7,284 bases of DNA. Source: a virus. Its lineage: Duplodnaviria; Heunggongvirae; Uroviricota; Caudoviricetes. The translations under genes and the position numbers were made by a program. The notes beneath the pieces are model-generated. The model was not told the DNA's origin. It ran no database searches and saw only the letters and a program-made list of their open reading frames with translations. This document shows, in pieces, positions 6,464 to 7,284 of this stretch. Where the stretch lies: positions 1 through 7,284 of IMG/VR virus record IMGVR_UViG_3300029745_000310. One strand, 5' to 3'. The first letter of the stretch is position 1. Each line of letters begins with the position of its first letter.

Positions 6464-6973
6464 ATGATGTGGAACTTTGACAGTGCCGACTTAAGTGCAA
6501 TAGCAGCAGGTATTTCTGCGTTTGGCACATTAGCCGCAGCGGGGTCGGCGCTTGCAAGTTGGTACACGTCAAAAAAAGCGCTGCAGCTACAAAATAGAGT
6601 TTACCTTTATGAGTCTTTAAAGGCTTGCGCTGAGAGAGCCAATTCATCAGCTAAAGATAAGCGCGGATCTGAATGGAGCGTTAATGATGCAGCGGATATC
6701 ATCAGGTGCCTAGTACGGGCGATGGAGATCATCAAGCAGGATAGCCAGCAGAAAGAAGGTAATCAGGCATTAATGTTGAAACAGTACTTTGTTAATCTGC
6801 TAATAATGGAACTGTACGAGGAAGTTCATAACGGTGATGCGGCTGATTCTGTTTTTAAAAGTACGGAACCTACACAAGTACTTGATAACTTATGGAGCAA
6901 ATGGCAGGAGGCTATAGCTTTTTTTGATATTTGGAATTACCCAGTTGCGACTGAGGAAGACTTGGCAGACTAA
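6464..6973 (+). CDS. Hypothetical membrane-anchored protein (169 aa): N-terminal hydrophobic helix plus acidic helical soluble domain
   Basis: Tandem ATG ATG at 6464/6467 with AAGGTG 5 nt upstream. Residues about 10-33 (LSAIAAGISAFGTLAAAGSALASWY) form a single predicted transmembrane or signal-anchor segment; the remaining ~135 aa are charged and helical in composition. Preceded by an AT-rich intergenic region with its own promoter-like sequence. No homolog I recognise. Confidence 0.6.
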   Translation: MMWNFDSADLSAIAAGISAFGTLAAAGSALASWYTSKKALQLQNRVYLYESLKACAERANSSAKDKRGSEWSVNDAADIIRCLVRAMEIIKQDSQQKEGNQALMLKQYFVNLLIMELYEEVHNGDAADSVFKSTEPTQVLDNLWSKWQEAIAFFDIWNYPVATEEDLAD

Positions 6974-7053
6974 TTTTCAGCACATTTGATTTCCAATAAT
7001 CAACCAGCCATAATCATGCCATTGGGGCCTGAACAACTCCGGTGACTTCTGCG

Positions 7054-7284
7054 CTAAACGGGGACGTTTATGCGCACATACAATCCAACCTCTCTTCTCC
7101 ATTCACAGATGCAGAAATGCACCTGCGATATTTTGCATCCAGCGTTTGATCTCTGCGGAGGTGAAGCGTGAACCTCCCACAAGATGGTATCAAATTGCAT
7201 CGCGGTAACTTCACCGCTATCGGTGTCAGCGCCAGTGATATAAGACGGTAATTCACCATTTGGATTGTCCGCTCCACCCAACAT
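7054..7284 (-). CDS. Partial ORF, 3' end of a convergent gene truncated by the window edge; unknown function
   Basis: Frame is open from the window edge (7284) to TAG at 7056..7054: ...[36 protein letters not shown].... Its amino-acid composition looks more protein-like than the competing overlapping frame (7068..7277). Nothing further to support it. Confidence 0.3.
   Translation of the reverse strand: MLGGADNPNGELPSYITGADTDSGEVTAMQFDTILWEVHASPPQRSNAGCKISQVHFCICEWRREVGLYVRINVPV

Noticed and set aside
6114-6647. Minus-strand ORFs 6114..6311 and 6447..6647
   Set aside because: The first overlaps the 99-aa ORF and the terminator hairpin; the second overlaps the start of the 169-aa gene and its promoter region. 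Neither has an SD or motif.
7068-7277. Alternative minus-strand frame ([27 protein letters not shown]..., 69 aa)
   Set aside because: Competes with the 7054..7284 frame, and its composition (Arg/Cys/Leu-rich) looks less protein-like. Uncertain; only one of the two can be real.
1-7284. CRISPR arrays, tRNA or rRNA genes, IS elements
   Set aside because: No regularly spaced short direct repeats, no cloverleaf-like tRNA candidates, no transposase ORF with terminal inverted repeats seen anywhere in the window.

Overview
This window reads as the left arm of a defective lambdoid prophage of the DLP12 type (Escherichia/Shigella-like), identified by eye from protein motifs and recalled sequences, with no database search. 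Minus strand, from the window start: a tyrosine integrase (1..1164, stop codon at base 1, so attL and the host attachment site lie just outside), an excisionase-like HTH protein, a small hypothetical ORF, and a lambda-Exo homolog whose N-terminus is replaced. Exo abuts a C-terminal remnant of replication gene O on the plus strand, so the whole early/immunity region (bet, gam, kil, cIII, N, cI, cro, cII, most of O including ori) is missing. Plus strand after the joint: intact P and ren, then an AT-rich cargo block carrying emrE (SMR efflux pump) and a 508-aa large serine recombinase (ybcK-like). Downstream is a region I cannot assign: a 99-aa ORF, a terminator, a 169-aa membrane-anchored protein with its own promoter-like sequence, and a convergent ORF cut by the window edge. 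The most plausible place for an undescribed function is that downstream cargo region, and the serine recombinase with its flanking repeats. No tRNA, rRNA, CRISPR array or IS element was seen.
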